Shown: one piece after another, positions 63,217 to 64,000 of the stretch
Numbering within the stretch: position 1 is the stretch's first letter
How the letters are laid out: each line of letters starts with the position of its first letter
NCBI RefSeq assembly: GCF_002113885.1
Contig: NW_018404123.1
Span: forward strand, 153,767-217,766
Direction of reading: 5' to 3'
DNA: 64,000 nt
From: Mizuhopecten yessoensis
Taxonomy: Eukaryota
Made by a program: the position numbers and the translations under genes
The notes under the pieces: generated by a model
Seen by the model: only the letters and a program-made list of their open reading frames with translations
Databases searched by the model: none
Told to the model about the DNA's origin: nothing

Positions 63217-64000
63217 TTAAGGATGTACTCTTCTGAGGTTTCAATCACGTTCAAGTCTCGTTTTGGTCTAGTTTAATGGGTTTTTGTAATATTTAACAAA
63301 TTATGGTCAAGTTTATTAGCAATCGCGCGTCTGAAAAATATGTCAAAAAACTAGATGCCTGTTGTTTGTAGAACTTTTTTGACAAGAATTTAAAAAAATT
63401 ACCAATTCGGTGGCCATTTTGAAAATGTGTATTAATGTGTATTTCCTGCGCTTAAAAAAAGGCCAAAATTTCACCTTTTTTGACAGTAGATTGATCACTT
63501 AAATTGTCATTGTGTCGCCATTTATAATTGTAGCAGGTTCAATTTTGCTGTACAACTTTATAATGTTCAATATGATAAAAAAGTATGCAACAAACTGGAA
63601 AATTATACATTATTGATAATTTTTGTACGTATTTAGTGTAACTGAAGCACTTTTGATTTTTGACCCCGAAAAAGGTAAAAAATAACACAAATGATAATGG
63701 GACAAAAAAAGAAGCACACTGACCCCCATTTTTTAGATGTTTTAGAAAGAGAAACACATTTTCATTTAATTCATTAAATATTAAAAAAAAGCTTTAATAC
63801 CAGAACTTTTTATATCAAGCATTTAATCTGCAAAAAAATGGTAAAAAAATAGTATTTTTTCATTAAAAAATAGGGGGTAGGGGTAACTAAAATCGGCTTT
63901 CTGAGTTAAAAGAATAAGATTAAAAATTTTTACTTCCATAATTTAAAAGAAAATAATATTTTCATCAATTCTACAAACATTCGTACATATATGATAACAC
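63217..64000. mobile_element. Probable non-autonomous DNA transposon starting at a TTAA site; runs off the window
   Basis: ttaa|ggatgtac boundary followed by element-like sequence (ggccattttgaaaat, cttaaaaaaaggcc). The other end is not visible. Confidence 0.3.

Overview
AT-rich, intron-containing animal DNA. The repeat families point to a mollusc, probably a bivalve (inference). All exon calls come from hand translation and splice-signal reading; no database search was run. (1) 1-1147 (-): a jellyfish-toxin family (CfTX/CrTX/CaTX-like) pore-forming protein, missed by the ORF track because it runs off the window edge, with no evident signal peptide. (2) A ~16-kb diverged tandem duplication (about 1430-17015 vs 17920-33827). 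Each copy holds a decayed toxin paralogue (-) and a divergently oriented, intact 3-exon CD225/dispanin (IFITM-like) gene (+). A LINE 3' end sits at the junction. (3) 37786-60006 (+): the first 20 coding exons (727 codons) of C2CD5, continuing past the window, with an antisense exon of another gene at 62561-63190. The strongest unexplained pattern is that unrelated minisatellite arrays are anchored on exon boundaries. Four overlap or abut C2CD5 splice sites (two copy the exon end plus donor about 10 and 27 times; one copies the branch point and pyrimidine tract about 19 times) and one starts at the antisense exon's stop codon. Helentron-type elements, an AcademH-type element, SINE fragments and palindromic MITEs are also present.
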